64,000 bases of DNA from Candidatus Woesebacteria bacterium (GCA_013374835.1 CP055307.1:74447-138446); one strand, 5' to 3'. Shown: positions 20,483-30,964, numbered from the stretch's first letter. The notes: a model not told the origin generated them from the sequence alone. Numbers and translations: made by a program.

Positions 20483-20997
20483 ACAAATTCAAAAAAATAT
20501 CTATAACAATCTTAATATTATTCATTAGCTACCATTCATCAATACACGAAATTTTTGCCGTATGTCCCGTATGCACTGTCGCCGTCGGCGCCGGACTAGG
20601 CCTAAGTCGCTTTATTGGCATTGACGACAGCGTTACAGGAATTTGGATTGGTGGAATGCTTGTAAGTCTTTCATTTTGGACCGCAGATTTTTTAAAAAAA
20701 AGGGGGGTTAAATTACCTCAAAAACTATTTTTCAGCTTTGTTTTTTGGGCTTTATTGACATTCATACCCCTTCAAATTTCCGACATTATCGGCCACCCGT
20801 TTAATACGATCTTTGGTATTGACAAATTAATTTTTGGCAGCTGTGTGGGCATAGTCGCATTTTTAACAGCCGTATTTGCAGACAAAAAAGTAAGAAGTGT
20901 TAAAGAAAAACAACTCTTTAATTTTCAAAAAGTAATCTTCCCACTTATATCATTAATTATGGCATCGATTATAATGTTTCTCATCACATCTGTTTAA
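20479..20997 (+). CDS. polytopic membrane protein with CPVC motif (candidate redox partner)
   Basis: CPVCTVAVGAGLG at the start of TM1. 4-5 TM. Translationally coupled to the Trx-like gene. Confidence 0.4.
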   Translation: MNKFKKISITILILFISYHSSIHEIFAVCPVCTVAVGAGLGLSRFIGIDDSVTGIWIGGMLVSLSFWTADFLKKRGVKLPQKLFFSFVFWALLTFIPLQISDIIGHPFNTIFGIDKLIFGSCVGIVAFLTAVFADKKVRSVKEKQLFNFQKVIFPLISLIMASIIMFLITSV

Positions 20998-21006
20998 ATT
21001 ACCTTT

Positions 21007-21540
21007 ATCTAAATGACCAATAAGAAAAAAATAAAAAATTTGCTTGACAAAAAAGATCTTGACCTCAGTAGCGGTGAGGATCTTTCAGTTGGCATTATGA
21101 ATTTAATATCAATTGAAGAACATCTCTTTTTTACAGCCCAAAAAACCGGCAAAAAAATATCTTGATCTTTTAAACGAAGTGTGCCTTGTGCGAACCGATC
21201 TCCTGAAAGAAATAATTAAAGATTATGAGGGTGAACTTTGGTGTATCTCAAAACATCTTCTGGCTGCCAGCATGAGAATAATGGAAGTGGGAACAAAAGA
21301 ACTGAAAAAAGGAGATAAAGAAAAAGCATGAAATTTATTTGAAAAATCCTATAAACTCTACTCACTTTTTTGGGCCATAAACTTAGATGTAGTTAACCTC
21401 AAAGACGCAGCCAAAATTAAAGCAAATACCGAAACAGTCAGCTTAATAGATGAAAAAACAAATAAAAAGTCTAGCGCCTCAGTCTTCGATAAAATCGGAA
21501 ATCTTGTCCAAAAAGCAATAGACTGCTGCAGGGAATAATT
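21007..21540 (+). pseudogene. decayed paralog of 15707..16267 (one frameshift plus in-frame TGA)
   Basis: MTNKKKIKNLLDKKDLDLSSGEDLSVGIMNLISIEEHLFF, then a shift at ~21150-21160 into YLDLLNEV...ELKKGDKEKA. An in-frame TGA at 21329-21331 is followed by NLFEKSYKLYSLFW...QKAIDCC. Collinear with the intact copy. Confidence 0.6.
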
Positions 21541-21621
21541 AATCCATAAAACATTTTTCGTCGGTATTTTAAAAACTAAAATTTAGAATTCGTTTAAAAA
21601 TTAAAAAATGTGAATTGAAAA

Positions 21622-22704
21622 TTATTCTAAATAATCCTGAAGCTTTTTTCGGCGGGAGGGGTGTTTAAGTTTTCTCAAAGCCTTTGCCTCAATCTGCCTG
21701 ATCCTCTCACGAGTCACCCCAAAAACACGCCCAACCTCCTCCAAAGTGTTCGGCTGACCTCCATCAAGACCAAACCGAAGCGTTAAAACCTTTGCTTCAC
21801 GCTCTGTCAAAGTAGATAAGACCTCATCAAGATGATCCTTAAGAAGCTGTCGGCTTGCGGTATCAACAGGCGTCGGTCTTACCTCATCCGCCACAAAGTC
21901 CCCCAAAGTGCTATCCTCATCCTCGCCGACTTTAGTATCCAAAGAAGTAACCTCCTGACTAATTTTAAAAATTTCACGAACCTTATCCGGTGTAATTCCA
22001 AGCTCCTCGGCAATCTCCTCATAAGTAGGCTCCCGCCCCAAATCCTGCATAAGACGCTGTGAAGTTCTATAAAGCTTATTTATAGTCTCAACCATATGGA
22101 CAGGAATCCTAATGGTTCTTGCCTGATCGGCAATCGCACGCGTAATAGCCTGCCTTATCCACCACGTAGCATATGTCGAAAACTTAAATCCACGCCTCCA
22201 GTCATATTTTTCAACAGCACGTATAAGCCCTTGGTTTCCCTCTTGAATTAAGTCAAGCAAAGACAGTCCCCGGCCGATATATTTCTTGGCAATAGAAACA
22301 ACAAGCCTCAAATTCGACTCAATCAATTTATCCTTAGCCTTCTTAACCCCCTTTTCAAATTGCTTAGCAAGATCTACTTCCTCCTCAGCAGTAAGAAGCG
22401 GATATTTCCCAATTTCCCTCAAATACTGTCTCACTGGATCAGTTGAATCTAGTCCCTCAAGCTTAGAAAGAAGAGCTATCTCTTGATCAATAGTAAGAAC
22501 TCTCTCCTCGGATTCCTCAGTAGAAACGGTTTCAAAAACATCTACCCCCTCATCCAAAAGCTTACCATACAAACTATCAAGCTCGGTAATTCTATTCTCG
22601 GCATCAGGAAAAACTTCCAAAATATCCTCTTGAGTAAGAAACCCCTGCTTTTTGCCCTTTTTTATTAATTCTTCTGTTACTTTTCTAAACATAGTCAGCC
22701 TCAA
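21622..22704 (-). CDS. rpoD: RNA polymerase sigma-70 factor RpoD
   Basis: Region 2 through 4.2 motifs: [72 protein letters not shown]. Confidence 0.9.
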   Translation of the reverse strand: MRLTMFRKVTEELIKKGKKQGFLTQEDILEVFPDAENRITELDSLYGKLLDEGVDVFETVSTEESEERVLTIDQEIALLSKLEGLDSTDPVRQYLREIGKYPLLTAEEEVDLAKQFEKGVKKAKDKLIESNLRLVVSIAKKYIGRGLSLLDLIQEGNQGLIRAVEKYDWRRGFKFSTYATWWIRQAITRAIADQARTIRIPVHMVETINKLYRTSQRLMQDLGREPTYEEIAEELGITPDKVREIFKISQEVTSLDTKVGEDEDSTLGDFVADEVRPTPVDTASRQLLKDHLDEVLSTLTEREAKVLTLRFGLDGGQPNTLEEVGRVFGVTRERIRQIEAKALRKLKHPSRRKKLQDYLE

Positions 22705-24457
22705 GTTCAGCTCTTTCTTTTAATAGGGTTGACAGCCTCTGATTAACTTCATCAAGTTTATCATTTTTTCCCTTTTCTTCAAGCTCTGCCAAAACTTTTT
22801 TAAGTTTCTCAATTTCTTCCTTCACATCCTCAAGTTTTATCCTTTGAATCAGTTTTTTTATTTCCTTCTCAAGGTTCTGAATCTCCAAATCCTCATCTGC
22901 CAAAAAAAGCCTAGAAAATCCCTCTTTATATTCATCTTCAAGTTCATTCAAAAAATCTCCCGGCTTAAACTTTTTACCCGCTTTCATGTAACTCTCAATC
23001 TTTTCATAAAGCTTTTTTAAAAGCCTTGAGCTAAACAAATCCTTATATTCCTCTCGCGCGAAAACATCAGGCTTATATTTTACAAAAAGAGACATAAGCC
23101 GCTCCTCCCACAAATCTCTCGCCACCTGCTTCTTCTCCAAACCTTCTTTAAAAAAAGCATCATGGAAAAACTGATCCTTAGAAAACTCATTTACCTGAGA
23201 AACAACCGCACTCTCATCAACCCCAAGTTTTTTGGAAACCTTTTTTATATAATGGGCTTGAACTATTTTATCAGGTATAGACGATATTACAGGAATAATC
23301 TCTCTGCTTATTTTAAGCTTTGCAGAGCCTTCGTCCAAGGATTTGTATCGCGAAAATATTACACCGATCAAAAAATCCCATATATTTATTGATTTTTTCA
23401 AAAACTTGCGGTATCCAGAAGGATCATTTCTAGCAAACTCATCAGGATCTTTATATTTTAAAAGCTTCGCAACTCTCACATCCACTCCCATTTCCTGTGC
23501 CTGAGAAATGCTTCTTATAGCAGCATTATTCCCCGCAAAATCACTATCAAGCGCTAAAACAACGCTGTTGGCAAACCGCGACAAAATTCTCGTATGTTCA
23601 TAAGTCAACGCCGTGCCTTGAATAGCAACAACGTTTCTAACCCCAGCCTGCCAAGAAGAAACAACATCCAAAGGGCCCTCCACAATAACAACAACACCAC
23701 TTCTTTTTATATAACCCTTGGCAGAGTCAAGCCCGTATAAAGAATTGCTTTTGCTGTAAACCAAAGACTCGGGTGAATTAATATATTTTGCATACCCCTT
23801 TTCAGCAAAACTAGGATGTATCCTGCCAGAAAAGCCGATCGTTCTGCCTCGATGATCTCTAATAGGAAAAATTATCCTTCCTCGAAACCTATCAAAACTG
23901 CCCCGCGGCGTGGAAACCACAAGCCCACAAGAAACCAAATCTCGCTCCGCATACTTTCTCTTCTTCGTAAAATAATTAAGCAACAAATTTGGCCTATCGG
24001 GCGCAGCTCCTATCCGAAACTCTTTTATGGTATCCTCTTTAAGTCCCCGCTCGTTTAATAAATAATCAAGATAAATTTTCCCAAGCTCGTGCTTCAAAAG
24101 AATATAATGATAAAACCTACTGGCTTCATCATTTATTTCAAAAAAGATTTCTTTCTCTCCCCTTTGTACACCCGAAATAGGCTTTAAACTCACCCCAACC
24201 CTTTCGGCCAAATACTTTAGCGCCTCATAAAACTCCATTCCCTCATACTTCTGCAAAAAAGAAATAACATCTCCGCCCTCACCGCAACCGAAACACTTGA
24301 ATATCTGAAGCTCGGGGCTAACCATAAAAGAAGGGGTTTTCTCGCTATGAAACGGACAAAGCCCCTTATAATTCCTGCCCGCTCTTTTAAGTTCTACATG
24401 CTCACGAATTATTTCAACTATGTCAACCTTACTCTTTACCTCATCAACCTGCTCCAT
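22685..24457 (-). CDS. dnaG: DNA primase DnaG
   Basis: Zinc ribbon [11 protein letters not shown]...CFGCG. TOPRIM EGPLD.VSS. 20-nt overlap with rpoD, as in the classic dnaG-rpoD operon. Confidence 0.9.
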   Translation of the reverse strand: MEQVDEVKSKVDIVEIIREHVELKRAGRNYKGLCPFHSEKTPSFMVSPELQIFKCFGCGEGGDVISFLQKYEGMEFYEALKYLAERVGVSLKPISGVQRGEKEIFFEINDEASRFYHYILLKHELGKIYLDYLLNERGLKEDTIKEFRIGAAPDRPNLLLNYFTKKRKYAERDLVSCGLVVSTPRGSFDRFRGRIIFPIRDHRGRTIGFSGRIHPSFAEKGYAKYINSPESLVYSKSNSLYGLDSAKGYIKRSGVVVIVEGPLDVVSSWQAGVRNVVAIQGTALTYEHTRILSRFANSVVLALDSDFAGNNAAIRSISQAQEMGVDVRVAKLLKYKDPDEFARNDPSGYRKFLKKSINIWDFLIGVIFSRYKSLDEGSAKLKISREIIPVISSIPDKIVQAHYIKKVSKKLGVDESAVVSQVNEFSKDQFFHDAFFKEGLEKKQVARDLWEERLMSLFVKYKPDVFAREEYKDLFSSRLLKKLYEKIESYMKAGKKFKPGDFLNELEDEYKEGFSRLFLADEDLEIQNLEKEIKKLIQRIKLEDVKEEIEKLKKVLAELEEKGKNDKLDEVNQRLSTLLKERAELEADYV

Positions 24458-24651
24458 TTACCTTAAAATTATACCACCCTAGTTATAAACTCGCCCTACA
24501 ACCAAAAAAACCAAACCATGCTTTCAAAAAAAATTAAAACCAACCTTGAAAAACAAGCGAAAATCCACGTACCAGACGCCCTCCAAAAAATAACAAACCT
24601 ATTTTTATTTTATGATAATTTCAAACTTTCTTTGAGACAGCAAAACCCTTT

Positions 24652-25155
24652 TTATATTTTCCTACTATCATAAGCCCAATGAAAAAGAGCTTGCCTTTGT
24701 CTTTTTCTACAATTTAAATCACCTAATCCACAGCACTTCTTAATTTGAGCAACATGCCTTTTCATTGCCTTCCAACGCCTAATTTGTCTTTTATCATCCG
24801 GGTGTCTTCTACCCATATAATACCGGCAATACCACTGAAACCAACCTCTTGGATCATCAGGATGAATCCAGCCTTTTTTGCGCCAAACAGACAAAGGTTG
24901 ACTGGCATTCACCCCAAAGAAATTTAACTTCGCATCATGTTTTCTTGAGCATAACTTGGCTTTCTTAAACCAACTTTTAGGAAATTCTTTCTTACAATCA
25001 GTCATATACTTCCCGCCAAATACGCCAAGTTCTAACATTTCTTTTGGTGTTAATTCTGGCTTGAAGTCTTTATCAAAATTTTCCCCCAACTTTTCTGAAA
25101 GCTCATAGACATAGTTTTTCTGCATTTTATCGTTGACTACGATTATCTTTTTCAT
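24652..25155 (-). CDS. conserved hypothetical protein (C-terminal WFQWYCRYYMGRR motif)
   Basis: Start placed at the internal MKKIIVV Met to avoid overlap with the upstream gene. The ORF track extends to 25365. Confidence 0.4.
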   Translation of the reverse strand: MKKIIVVNDKMQKNYVYELSEKLGENFDKDFKPELTPKEMLELGVFGGKYMTDCKKEFPKSWFKKAKLCSRKHDAKLNFFGVNASQPLSVWRKKGWIHPDDPRGWFQWYCRYYMGRRHPDDKRQIRRWKAMKRHVAQIKKCCGLGDLNCRKRQRQALFHWAYDSRKI

Positions 25156-25921
25156 ACTTTTTTGTTGGTAATGGAAAGAAGACACTCGTTCTTTTTTTAT
25201 ATTCTTCAAATTCAGGATTTCCCTCATATTTCTTTTCCAACATGGGAATTCCTGAAACAAAAAGAATAAGTATTGTGATAGTAAGCGGACTAACGATTGT
25301 ATAAAAAAATGGAGAACTCCCAAGTGAAATAATAAAAATACCCCACCAAAGTGTAACTTCTCCAAAATAATTTGGGTGCCTTGTATATGCCCATAATCCG
25401 CTCTGCATAATCTTTCCTTTATTTCTCGGGTTCTTTACAAACCGCCTAAGTTGCGCATCACCCACAGCTTCGAAATAAAAACCAATGATCCAGATAAATA
25501 CCCCAATAAAATCAAGCACGCCCAAAGATAAACCGTTTTTTTTATTAATTATCATAATCGGTACAGCTATGAAAAAAAGCAAAATTCCTTGTAGTATATA
25601 TATTTGTAAATATGAACGAAGGTAAAATAATCTACCCCATTTCTTTCGCCAAACCAAATAACGATAATCCTCAGTCTTGCCTTTATTACGCGAGAAAATG
25701 TGCCACGCGAGGCGAAAACCCCAAATACTTACCAAAACACCGACAAGCAATCCACGCGGACCCGAATCTTTGGAAAACAAAAATGAAGCCCAAACTATAA
25801 GAATAAACCCCAATCCCCACGCTATATCAGCTACATCATTTCTTTTTTTAATCAAAGAAACCACAAACCATAGGTTCATGTAAACAAACAATATTAAAGC
25901 AAGGTTAAAAAAGTAATTCAT
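25127..25921 (-). CDS. DUF1295 / steroid-5-alpha-reductase-like membrane protein
   Basis: LWAYTRHPNYFGEVTLWWG signature. 6-7 TM. Confidence 0.6.
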   Translation of the reverse strand: MNYFFNLALILFVYMNLWFVVSLIKKRNDVADIAWGLGFILIVWASFLFSKDSGPRGLLVGVLVSIWGFRLAWHIFSRNKGKTEDYRYLVWRKKWGRLFYLRSYLQIYILQGILLFFIAVPIMIINKKNGLSLGVLDFIGVFIWIIGFYFEAVGDAQLRRFVKNPRNKGKIMQSGLWAYTRHPNYFGEVTLWWGIFIISLGSSPFFYTIVSPLTITILILFVSGIPMLEKKYEGNPEFEEYKKRTSVFFPLPTKKYEKDNRSQR

Positions 25922-26316
25922 AACCCAATTCTTTTAATGATCAAAAATGTGATCGTAGAAACCAAAGTCGCCAAGACCGCACCCCAGACCAAATCAACAA
26001 TTGTTACTAAAAGCGGCCAATCTTTGGCAACAGCCAAATTGGTTAGATCATAAGTAGCATAACAAACCAACCCAAAAAGGGCGCCAAAAAGAATAGCCTG
26101 TGTCCAAGAACCTCTTTCTAAGGCGGGAGAAATAACAAATACCACCAAACCAGCTATAAAAATCAAATAAAAGATAATGGCCGCAATCCAATTAACATCC
26201 GACTTCATAAGATGACCGATTTGATTTGCGTAAAATTTTTTAGCCACAAACCCAAGCCAGACCATGTCAATGGCAAAAAAAACTGGTAGGGCTATAAAAT
26301 AAAGTTTAATAAACAT
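25918..26316 (-). CDS. small polytopic membrane protein (DUF2177-like)
   Basis: 132 aa, 4 TM. Overlaps the neighbouring gene by 4 nt. Confidence 0.35.
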   Translation of the reverse strand: MFIKLYFIALPVFFAIDMVWLGFVAKKFYANQIGHLMKSDVNWIAAIIFYLIFIAGLVVFVISPALERGSWTQAILFGALFGLVCYATYDLTNLAVAKDWPLLVTIVDLVWGAVLATLVSTITFLIIKRIGL

Positions 26317-26318
26317 AA

Positions 26319-27083
26319 TTATTTATCCCCTTTCTTAATAATACTTATAAACGCTATTGTTCCTAAAAATACCAAAAGACACAAAACTACCGTCCAAATT
26401 ACGATCGGGTATTGACCACTAAAGCCGCTTGTCGAAAGGTGCTTAACTAAAATAGCACCATATGCCCAAATCAACACAAGCCCGTAAGGAATAAAGCGGT
26501 CGTAAAGTATGCGCCATGAACCAATCAGCGCTCCGATTAAAAGGACAACAACTGTCCAAAAAACTTCAGGCAAACCAAATCCATTCCAGCCAAGGTAAAC
26601 AAGAAAAACGGCCACGTTGGCAATTGTGGCAACCGTAATCCAGCCAAAATATACACTGAAGGGTAGCCTTACCAGCCAAGTTTGTTTTGGCGTAAGAGCA
26701 CGACCGCGAAACATATCGACAATCTTGATAAGAGTAACTAATAAACCACCCATGATAATGACTGATAACCAGATCAAATCGTAGTGCCAAGCAAATATCC
26801 ACGAAATATTAAAAAGCGCATTTACAATAAAGATTTTGTTAACTTTTTTCACTAATTCATCTTTTTCTTGCCAAAGTTGATATACAGCATACATCCCCAA
26901 AAGAATATAAATCAGTCCCCAAATGGAAAAAGCATAGCCAGCCGGCGCAAATAAATTTTGGTAATTATCTGATATTTGCCCAGTGCTTCGGCCTCCAAGC
27001 GGAAGCAATACTGCCAGATAATTTACTCCAACCATAGCAACATACGCTACTAATATTGATGTTTTTAAAATTTTTCTGCTCAC
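26319..27083 (-). CDS. TspO/MBR-related tryptophan-rich membrane protein (long form)
   Basis: NYLAVLLPLGGRSTGQISDNYQNLFAPAGYAFSIWGLIY resembles the TspO-family N-terminal block. Trp-rich. 7 TM. Confidence 0.4.
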   Translation of the reverse strand: MSRKILKTSILVAYVAMVGVNYLAVLLPLGGRSTGQISDNYQNLFAPAGYAFSIWGLIYILLGMYAVYQLWQEKDELVKKVNKIFIVNALFNISWIFAWHYDLIWLSVIIMGGLLVTLIKIVDMFRGRALTPKQTWLVRLPFSVYFGWITVATIANVAVFLVYLGWNGFGLPEVFWTVVVLLIGALIGSWRILYDRFIPYGLVLIWAYGAILVKHLSTSGFSGQYPIVIWTVVLCLLVFLGTIAFISIIKKGDK

Positions 27084-27200
27084 GGCTTACCTCATTTCTA
27101 AATTCATTTTATGCAAAATCTAAACAGAGATCAAAAAGCTCAGGTGCGGCAGTATACAGATATCTCCCGATGTTGTGTGAAGCGAAAAAAGTCACTTAAC

Positions 27201-27686
27201 TCAACGCTCAACTTTTCTATAAGTCTCGCGGAAGGCGTGACCATCGATAATATATGGCTTCCCTTCGCGATTGCCGTCTGGGTCACAGGTGTCAGCAATG
27301 AAACAGTTCTCATCTCCCCTCTGGGGCGAACCCCAAGGAGCCATAATTTCGATCGGCTTCTTGAACGGATTCGGAATCGCACGACAATATCCCTTCGCCG
27401 CGTAGACGCCTTTATTACCGGTGGCTTCATAACGCGCAAAAAATTTCTCCCCTGAAACGACGTAGCTTTCTTCATCTGGATTGGTGACGACCCAGTCTCC
27501 TTCACGGGCTACATTCACAGTTTCTTCACTTCCGTCTTTAAGTATGGTTCTAATTTCCTCACCGGGCATTGCACGACGGGCTTTTACACGAACATTCTTT
27601 TTATAGACAGGAGCTCTATCAAGCTTCTCCATAATTTCGGGTGAATTAATGTCTACAAACTGGAAATTACCCTCTCGGTTCTCCAT
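27201..27686 (-). CDS. hypothetical soluble protein
   Basis: 161-aa ORF. No motifs recognised. Confidence 0.4.
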   Translation of the reverse strand: MENREGNFQFVDINSPEIMEKLDRAPVYKKNVRVKARRAMPGEEIRTILKDGSEETVNVAREGDWVVTNPDEESYVVSGEKFFARYEATGNKGVYAAKGYCRAIPNPFKKPIEIMAPWGSPQRGDENCFIADTCDPDGNREGKPYIIDGHAFRETYRKVER

Positions 27687-28003
27687 TCTCGGTTATCCTT
27701 ATTTCATAAGGTTTATGATTGAATACGAACTAATTGTTATCCTAATATATCATAAAGAAGTCTCAAAAGCAAATAAAAAGACTAATCAGGCTAAGAAAAA
27801 TATTAACTTCAAACAAAAAAACCAGATCACTAAAATGAATTAATAGAATTATTTGCCCAATATCTATGAATACAACTACAGCCGTTGTTTAGCCCGCGAT
27901 TATTTTAATAAATTTGAGATTCTAATGATTATAAAATTTTTATAAAAGATATTCTTTACGCAAGAAAAATCTACCGATAGCAAAGAAAGATTGCTTGCGC
28001 GAG

Positions 28004-28089
28004 CGGAGGAGGTGGGATTCGAACCCACGCATCCTTTATCAGGATCAGGTTCTCCAAACCTGTGCAATTGGCCGCTATGCGACTCCTCC
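28004..28089 (-). tRNA. tRNA-Ser (anticodon GGA)
   Basis: Revcomp is GGAGGAGTCGCATAGCGGCC...CAGGTTTGGAGAACCTG...long variable arm...GGTTCGAATCCCACCTCCTCCG. Confidence 0.75.
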
Positions 28090-28148
28090 AAACATATTTT
28101 ATAGACCGTCTCGCACAAGCTTTGAATAAAGCTTGTGCAACTCCTCCC

Positions 28149-28598
28149 TCAAACTAACTTTTTCTTAAAATTAAGCCTTTTTTCCTCAATCTCCTTGGCA
28201 ATTTTCAAAGCCTCTTTTAACATCTGTCTGTCTCTTTTTGTTTTAAGTTTTTTAACAGCGCTTTGGTATTCAAACCAATCACCATTCAAAAAACCAAGCA
28301 TTTCTCCGCTGTCTTTTGTTGACATCAAATAATAAATAAATCTTTGTGCAACAAGCTTATTATTAACGCGCGTAGCACCGCCACTTCTTCCCACTTCGTC
28401 AAGCACCCTTGCCTTTATTCCTCCCTGCTCTGCCATTACCCTAATAGCAGCCCGGACCGAAGATTCGGCCTTTCGAACAGTCGTTTTTGGAAACTCCCAA
28501 TCACCATCCTTCTCATGAACAACAAGAAACCATTCTTTCTTACCCTTCTCTTTCTTAAACACCACAGGCACGGATACCAATAAAAGTTTGTCTTTCAT
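28149..28598 (-). CDS. hypothetical protein (weak, degenerate Nudix-box resemblance)
   Basis: GDWEFPKTTVRKAESSVRAAIRVMAEQGG matches GX5EX7REUXEEXGU only partially. Confidence 0.3.
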   Translation of the reverse strand: MKDKLLLVSVPVVFKKEKGKKEWFLVVHEKDGDWEFPKTTVRKAESSVRAAIRVMAEQGGIKARVLDEVGRSGGATRVNNKLVAQRFIYYLMSTKDSGEMLGFLNGDWFEYQSAVKKLKTKRDRQMLKEALKIAKEIEEKRLNFKKKLV

Positions 28599-28832
28599 GG
28601 CTGTATTTTACACCAAATCAACACTTTTTTCTTCACAAATAATATTTTTATCAACAAAAACAGTTAAACAAAAACTCTGGGTTAAACCGTCTTAAAAATT
28701 TTAATAAATAATTGTTAGCACCGTGGCGAAACCAACCCAAAACAAATAAACAACGCTCCATACAAGAGCAAAAAACCAAAAAAAAGACGTCCAAGAGACT
28801 CAACAAACTTTTGACATCAACCACGATCCACG

Positions 28833-28919
28833 CGGAAGGGGTGGGATTCGAACCCACGAGTCCCGTTATCGAGACATGGTTTTCGAGACCATTCCGTTAG
28901 ACCGCTCCGGCACCCTTCC
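28833..28919 (-). tRNA. tRNA-Ser (anticodon CGA)
   Basis: Revcomp is GGAAGGGTGCCGGAGCGGTC...ATGGTCTCGAAAACCAT...long variable arm...GGTTCGAATCCCACCCCTTCCG. Confidence 0.75.
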
Positions 28920-28921
28920 TC

Positions 28922-28998
28922 TGGTATCCCCAAGAGGACTCGAACCTCCAACCTCCAGATCCGCAATCTGGCGCTCTATCCAATTAAGCTATGGGGAC
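28922..28998 (-). tRNA. tRNA-Arg (anticodon GCG), CCA encoded
   Basis: Revcomp is GTCCCCATAGCTTAATTGGATAGAGCGCCAGATTGCGGATCTGG...GGTTCGAGTCCTCTTGGGGATACCA. 2-nt spacer from tRNA-Ser(CGA). Confidence 0.6.
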
Positions 28999-29034
28999 TC
29001 TACCTATATTTTACCAAAATCATGAAGAAAATAT

Positions 29035-29535
29035 TTATTCGGGAAAAAACCTAGAAATTCTGTCTATACTTTTATCAACTAACGACGGAGAAACAGTCTC
29101 TTCGTGAATATGCTTTTTAAATTCTTCAGCTATTTTCTGCCTTTCACTAGAAGGAAAAAGTATCTCAAGTCTTCCGGGAAATTTATTAATCTCAACTACC
29201 AATATTTCGCTCCCAAATCGGTTAATAAACCAAAACCGTTTTGCTTCATCCCAATGAACTTTCTTGCCCAAAACATCAATACCTTTATTGGTAATTTTAT
29301 ACTCTATGTTCTCAGGCTCAACCGTGGACATAACATAAAAAAGAAAAACTAAAGAAAAAAGTATAAACACAGGAATAATACCCTCAATAAAAAAAAGTAT
29401 TATTCCCAAAAGAACAGCCACTGATACAATAGTTACGTAAAAATCTCGACTTCGTCTTTTAAAAGGCCTCGAAGGAGCTATCCAGCTTAAAACAACAACC
29501 TCTTTTTTATCACCCCCATCCATTCCTAAAATCAT
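29035..29535 (-). CDS. hypothetical membrane protein (2 TM, PH-like C-terminus?)
   Basis: 166-aa ORF with hydrophobic segment AVLLGIILFFIEGIIPVFILFSLVFLFYV. Confidence 0.35.
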   Translation of the reverse strand: MILGMDGGDKKEVVVLSWIAPSRPFKRRSRDFYVTIVSVAVLLGIILFFIEGIIPVFILFSLVFLFYVMSTVEPENIEYKITNKGIDVLGKKVHWDEAKRFWFINRFGSEILVVEINKFPGRLEILFPSSERQKIAEEFKKHIHEETVSPSLVDKSIDRISRFFPE

Positions 29536-29607
29536 TATATATTAAAACAATCCAATTATGCTAGAAGAAGAAGATGCCTACTGGTATAATAGCCTAAGCA
29601 CATTTTT

Positions 29608-29695
29608 GGTAGGGTGGCCGAGTGGCCTAAGGCGACGGTTTGCTAAACCGTTGAGGGGTAAAACTCTCGCGCAGGTTCGAATCCTGTCCCTACCG
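29608..29695 (+). tRNA. tRNA-Ser (anticodon GCT)
   Basis: GGTAGGGTGGCCGAGTGGCC...ACGGTTTGCTAAACCGT...long variable arm...GGTTCGAATCCTGTCCCTACCG. Confidence 0.75.
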
Positions 29696-29701
29696 CAAGC
29701 T

Positions 29702-29791
29702 GGTGAGGTCGCATAGTGGACTAGTGCAGCGGTCTTGAAAACCGCCGTGGTCGTTTTTCGGCCACCGTGGGTTCGAATCCCACCCTCACCG
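29702..29791 (+). tRNA. tRNA-Ser (anticodon TGA)
   Basis: GGTGAGGTCGCATAGTGGAC...GCGGTCTTGAAAACCGC...long variable arm...GGTTCGAATCCCACCCTCACCG. Confidence 0.75.
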
Positions 29792-29800
29792 CAGCAATCT

Positions 29801-30490
29801 TCACGAAGCAATAGTTATTCCCCAGACTACCTTTGCACCCGCTTTTTTCAGGACTTCACCGCACTCACGAATTGTGCTTCCGGTGGTAAGCACATCATCA
29901 AAAACAACCAAACTATCATATTCCTTAAAATTTTTTTTGTACTTATTATTAATTTCAAAAGCACCCCGAAGATTTTTAATCCGTTCTCGTCTCACCAAAC
30001 CAGCTTGTGAACGAGTGTTTTTTGTCTTTATCAAAATATCATCGTCAAATTTCCAACCCATCTCGTAAGCCACCTTCACCCCAATCAACGACGCCTGATT
30101 AAACCCCCTCCACCTTTCCTTCCCAGATTTCATTGGCACAGAAGTAGAAAGCACACTGCCTAAATTAAAAGGATAATTTTTTATATCATTTATACTCCTT
30201 TTTACCAATTCATCAACAATATCATAAGAAAAACTATACTTAAATTTAAGCAGCGCTTTACGAACCACCCCCTCATATCTCCATATAGCAAAAGCTCCGT
30301 CAATTCTTCCCCTCCTATTGCAACTCTTATGGGTCCTCCCCCAATACGAATAATTACCACAATAAATACATTTACAAAAAGCTCTGTCAACTAAACCCAA
30401 GCAAGAATTACAAATATAAAATCCTGAAACGCCGCAATTCAAACATCTTTTGGGGAAAACAAAATCAATTATTCCCATCTTAAGGTACAA
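29801..30490 (-). CDS. comF: ComF family protein (competence; phosphoribosyltransferase fold with N-terminal zinc finger)
   Basis: N-terminal CxxC...CxxC cluster. C-terminal PRTase motif SLVVFDDVLTTGSTI. Confidence 0.7.
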   Translation of the reverse strand: MYLKMGIIDFVFPKRCLNCGVSGFYICNSCLGLVDRAFCKCIYCGNYSYWGRTHKSCNRRGRIDGAFAIWRYEGVVRKALLKFKYSFSYDIVDELVKRSINDIKNYPFNLGSVLSTSVPMKSGKERWRGFNQASLIGVKVAYEMGWKFDDDILIKTKNTRSQAGLVRRERIKNLRGAFEINNKYKKNFKEYDSLVVFDDVLTTGSTIRECGEVLKKAGAKVVWGITIAS

Positions 30491-30529
30491 TATAAAATAT
30501 AAATAAATCTAATTTTACTCTAACACAAA

Positions 30530-30964
30530 ATGCATATTTTCAATAAGCGCGCAAAAAGAAACTATAAAATTCTTGAAACCATAACAGCAGGCATCGTACT
30601 TACCGGAGAAGAAGTAAAATCAGCGCGTACAAACAAAGTAAATCTTGATCAATCCTTTGCAAAAATCATAAACAACGAAGTATTTCTAATTAACGCAGTA
30701 ATCACCACCAAAAATCAGCAATCAAAATCAAAAAAACTGCTCCTTAATAAAAAGGAGATAATTTCCCTCAAAACAAAAATTAAGTCTCACAATTTGACTT
30801 TAATACCCCTAAAAATGTATACTAGGGGACCCTTAATCAAGCTGGAAATAGGCTTAGGAAAAACAAAAAGGAAATTCGAGAAACGCGAATCTCTTAAAAA
30901 AAGAGATATTCAAAGGGATATCGAAAGGGAACTAAAAATTAAAGGGGACGATACAAGGATTTGA
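30530..30964 (+). CDS. smpB: SsrA-binding protein SmpB
   Basis: NKRAKRNYKILETITAGIVLTGEEVKS signature N-terminus. Basic C-terminal tail. Confidence 0.85.
   Translation: MHIFNKRAKRNYKILETITAGIVLTGEEVKSARTNKVNLDQSFAKIINNEVFLINAVITTKNQQSKSKKLLLNKKEIISLKTKIKSHNLTLIPLKMYTRGPLIKLEIGLGKTKRKFEKRESLKKRDIQRDIERELKIKGDDTRI

Noticed and set aside
21113-21331. 72-aa ORF called in the six-frame track.
   Set aside because: It is an internal fragment of the decayed paralog 21007..21540, not an independent gene.
21329-21331. In-frame TGA considered as evidence of an alternative genetic code (TGA=Gly, code 25).
   Set aside because: Many long ORFs terminate at TGA (e.g. smpB and pilin 38589..38924). Standard-code ORFs are long and motif-complete, so this TGA is a pseudogene lesion.
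29578-30010. ORFs 29578..29811 (minus) and 29735..30010 (plus).
   Set aside because: They overlap the two adjacent tRNA-Ser genes and the ComF gene. The tRNA cloverleaves are unambiguous.
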